Source of the DNA: Paecilomyces variotii
Taxonomy: Eukaryota
NCBI GenBank assembly: GCA_004022145.1
Contig: RCNU01000002.1
Direction: 5' to 3' (one strand)
Length of the DNA stretch: 64,000 bases
This document shows positions 60,952 to 64,000 of the stretch, piece after piece; positions within the stretch are counted from its first letter, which is position 1; each line of letters opens with the position of its first letter. The notes under the pieces are model-generated. The model was not told the DNA's origin. It ran no database searches and was given only the letters and a program-made list of their open reading frames with translations. Made by a program: the position numbers and the translations under genes.

Positions 60952-63900
60952 ATGAAGTTTGGTCGCAACCTCCCACGAAACGTCGTCCCAGAATGGGGCT
61001 CCTCGTACATCAAGTACAAGGCATTGAAGAAGCTGATCAAGCTTGCCGCGGATGACATGAAGGCTGGCAAAGAGCCCGACCTTGCTGGTAAACACACAAA
61101 GTTCGACTTCTCTCAATAGATCAGTCCTTGCTAACTTATTGTTTCAGGATTCTTCTACTCCCTTGACCGGAATCTCGAAGATGTCGACCATTTCTATAAC
61201 AAGAAATTCGCAGATTTCTCTAGGCGCCTGAAACTGCTGGAGGATCGTTTCGGACATTCGAGGGTTGCGGGGCAGCGGTTAGAGTTGGAGGATGTCGAGG
61301 ACCTTCTAGCTGCGTTGTTGGAACTACGTGGTCAACTGCGGAAGCTACAGTGGTATGGAGAGGTAAACCGCCGAGGATTTATTAAGATCACCAAGAAGTT
61401 AGACAAGAAAGTCCCGGGTGCTCAGGCACAAAAGAGATACCTCGAGGCGAAGGTTGATCCCGCACCTTTCGCTACGAATACTCGTCTATCTCAAGCTCTG
61501 AAGCACATCAATGACTGGCTATCGGTGCTGGGCGACCAGAAAGTCCAAGACGACGCCAGCTCGACCCATTCTTCTCTGTCTCTAAAGAAGGTCTCCTCGC
61601 GCCCGATCCTCAACCTTCCCTCGAGCGTTCTCGTGGCGGTCGATGAGGCACTTCGCAAAGATGACACGCATGTCCTTCTGGAACTGCTCGAGACTCTCAA
61701 GATTGCGGCGGATGAGATGGGTGACAATATCTACCCCAAGGTTCTGAAAAACCTCTTGCAACGAGCTATTTTTACGCGTGCGAAGTCCTCTGTTACGGTA
61801 TTACTGGACAGAATTGATGACCTCGAAGAGGACGACGATATTAACAAGCGGAACTGCATCCACCGTCTAGTGATCTCCATTGGAAGAGCGCAGTCTACCT
61901 CGGATTCAGAGCAGGCCGCTTCTATGGTCCTGGACTTCCCTCTGGAAACGTCCAACTACATCACCCCGGCTGCTCCTCCTACCTTGCAGCCGCCTCGCGC
62001 TGTCGTGAAGGAGACCAGTCAGCCACAGACCCTAGACAGAGATGATCCGTCAGTCTCCCTGCTACAGCACCTGCTAGACCATCTTCACCCTCGCCAGAAA
62101 AGCGCATTACTTGCCAAGGACCTGTCGGGCCGTACACCCCTTCATTACGCTGCCCAGTACGGATTCAGGGTTGTCTGCGAAGTTATCATCGAGCATCTCC
62201 AGGCATGGGATATGTTTGATGTTAGCGAGGGTATCGACGGACCTGCGTGGCAAGATAACGAAGGATGGGCGCCTCTTCACTTAAGTGTGGTGGGCGGACA
62301 TCCACTTACCACTCGGACTCTGCTCGATGCAGAGAATTGGAAGGGCTCTTCCACGGAGAAGGCTGCTATCCGCAAGCACGTCTCCAAGTCAAGCGCCGTT
62401 CTTGCGCTGGCAACCAAGGCGAATTTCGTTGATATTGTCCAGCTTCTGGTTGATGCGGGCGTTGACATCAACTATCAGGATGAGCAGGGTGAAACTGCTC
62501 TTCATATTGCGGCTCGCTTCGGGCACGATGAATGTGCAAAGATCCTCCTGGAAGGCTCTAATGACCAGAAAGCAGACACTGAGCTTGCCGAGAACACCTA
62601 TTCCTGGACGCCCCTGTTCATCGCCTGTGTTGATGGTTCACTCAGTGTGGTAGAATTGCTCATTGAGGCTGGTGCCGACCTTGAGCGATTAGATTCTTCC
62701 GGATGGACGGCGAAGGAACATGCCTCTCTCAGAGGTCATCTTCCCATTGCTCGACGTCTTGCTGAGATTAACCCTACACCTGTTGTCACTGAATCGGAAC
62801 CAGTCAATGTTCCTGTGCCGGCATCTTCTTCTCCGCCGCAGTCGTCGCTTATTGAGCGGAAGTCCAATTCCAACGTGAATTCTGCAAGCGGGAGTTCTGG
62901 GACACGGAGTCCTGAGCCTATCAAGTCCTTCGGACATCGGTATCTTACCGATGAATCCATGATTTTGGTCAGCTTGGGCACTATGGACATGCGCAAATCT
63001 GTTCCCGCCGTCAGCCTCGATCAGATCCCCGTTTCCAGTGCCCATTCCACTCAACTTGACACCGCACTATCTATTGTCGTGTCGGCCAGTGGAGCTCACG
63101 GTGAACCGGAGCTGATCGATCTCCCCATCCAAGACAACATCTCTACGGAGCCCATAGTTTTCCACTCCGCAGATCCCACCAAGGTTAAGCTCCTGTTTGA
63201 TTTGATCCCTACATACGCTGGTTCGAAAGACAAGGTCGTCGGACGGGGTGTTGCTTTGCTTTCTAGTATCAGACCCAGCATCGGCTCTGATCGCATTAAC
63301 CTGAAGGGAGATTCAACCGTCCCCATCGTGGCCGCGAATACGCTGGAGGTCATCGGTTCTGTCACCTTCAACTTCCTCGTCATCACCCCGTTTAGCCACC
63401 CAAACATGTCGATCACTGAGAACCAGACGTATTGGAGAACAATGACTTCAACTATGGTTATCGGACATCGAGGTTGGCTTCCTATTTCTTTTCTATCCCT
63501 GCTTTCTCTCCTAACCCATAAATTTAAGGTCTCGGAAAGAACTTTGCCAGCCGGAAGTCTCTGCAACTCGGAGAGAACACTGTTCAGGTAAGATCCTCTA
63601 CACCAAACACCCGGGTTACTGATCTGACCATATCTACAGTCCTTCATTGCTGCGGCGAATTTAGGAGCATCTTATGTTGAGGTGAGTTCTCCATTCCCGT
63701 ATGAGGAGTATTCAAAAAAAGAAAACCGAAACGCTGACCAACAATCTCCAGTTTGGTACGAAATCGTAGCACTGCGCCTATTGCAAGAAGATAACTAATA
63801 CAGTAAAAAGATATTCAACTGACTAAAGATCACGTTCCCGTTATTTATCACGACTTTCTCGTCAGTGAGACTGGAATTGATGCTCCAGTTCATACGCTTA

Positions 63901-64000
63901 CCCTTGAGCAAGTATGTTTCCCAACATATATTTTTGCGGATATCGTCTGACTTGCGCAAGTTTCTCCATTTGAGCGAGGCACGTACCAGTCGTTCGTCTC
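60952..64000 (+). CDS. gde1: Glycerophosphocholine phosphodiesterase Gde1 (SPX + ankyrin + GDPD), truncated by the window end
   Basis: SPX start MKFG...YIKYKALKKLIK and NRRGFIKITKKLDK; ankyrin repeats; GDPD motifs VIGHRG|LG, GENT and YVE|F|DIQLTKD assembled across introns. Confidence 0.95.

Noticed and set aside
1351-64000. Apparent functional clustering: telomere (bqt4-like, tbf1), phosphate/inositol (ipk2, phosphatase fold, gde1), actin/myosin (arp3, she4)
   Set aside because: The genes are separated by unrelated housekeeping genes. This looks like ordinary chromosomal gene order, with no evidence of a co-regulated cluster.
1-64000. tRNA, 5S/rRNA genes, CRISPR arrays, intact transposase, telomerase RNA template, TGA-CTA readthrough PTS1 signals
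   Set aside because: None were recognised by eye. tRNAscan-SE and Rfam scans are needed to exclude RNA genes formally.

Overview
Gene-dense, intron-containing genomic DNA from a filamentous ascomycete. An Eurotiales/Aspergillus-like origin is inferred from gene content and from GT-AG introns with CTRAC branch sites. I can support about 21 mostly housekeeping genes: a Bqt4-like APSES protein, Clp1, a Cys-repeat protein, a zeta-crystallin quinone reductase, an FAD monooxygenase, Arb1, Ipk2, Rsm19, Taf10, Tbf1, a histidine-phosphatase-fold protein, an unknown protein, Nrc-2/Fpk1, Dad3, Mrps5, Trm2, Arp3, a taspase-like protein, Tfb4, She4/CRO1 and a 3'-truncated Gde1. The best signals outside the ORF track are: (1) a double-guide box C/D snoRNA in the TAF10 intron, with guides matching the 18S Gm1428 and Am420 sites; (2) a ~3.3 kb island between trm2 and arp3 carrying a decayed Upf1-like SF1 helicase; (3) an uncharacterised protein that begins with a Caf20-like eIF4E-binding motif; (4) a TAGGG/G-quadruplex cluster just upstream of tbf1; (5) a structured clp1 intron with a poison acceptor; and (6) a probable pseudo-phosphatase. 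I see no clear novel multi-gene system. Family calls come from motif recognition and exon boundaries were read by eye; no database searches were run.
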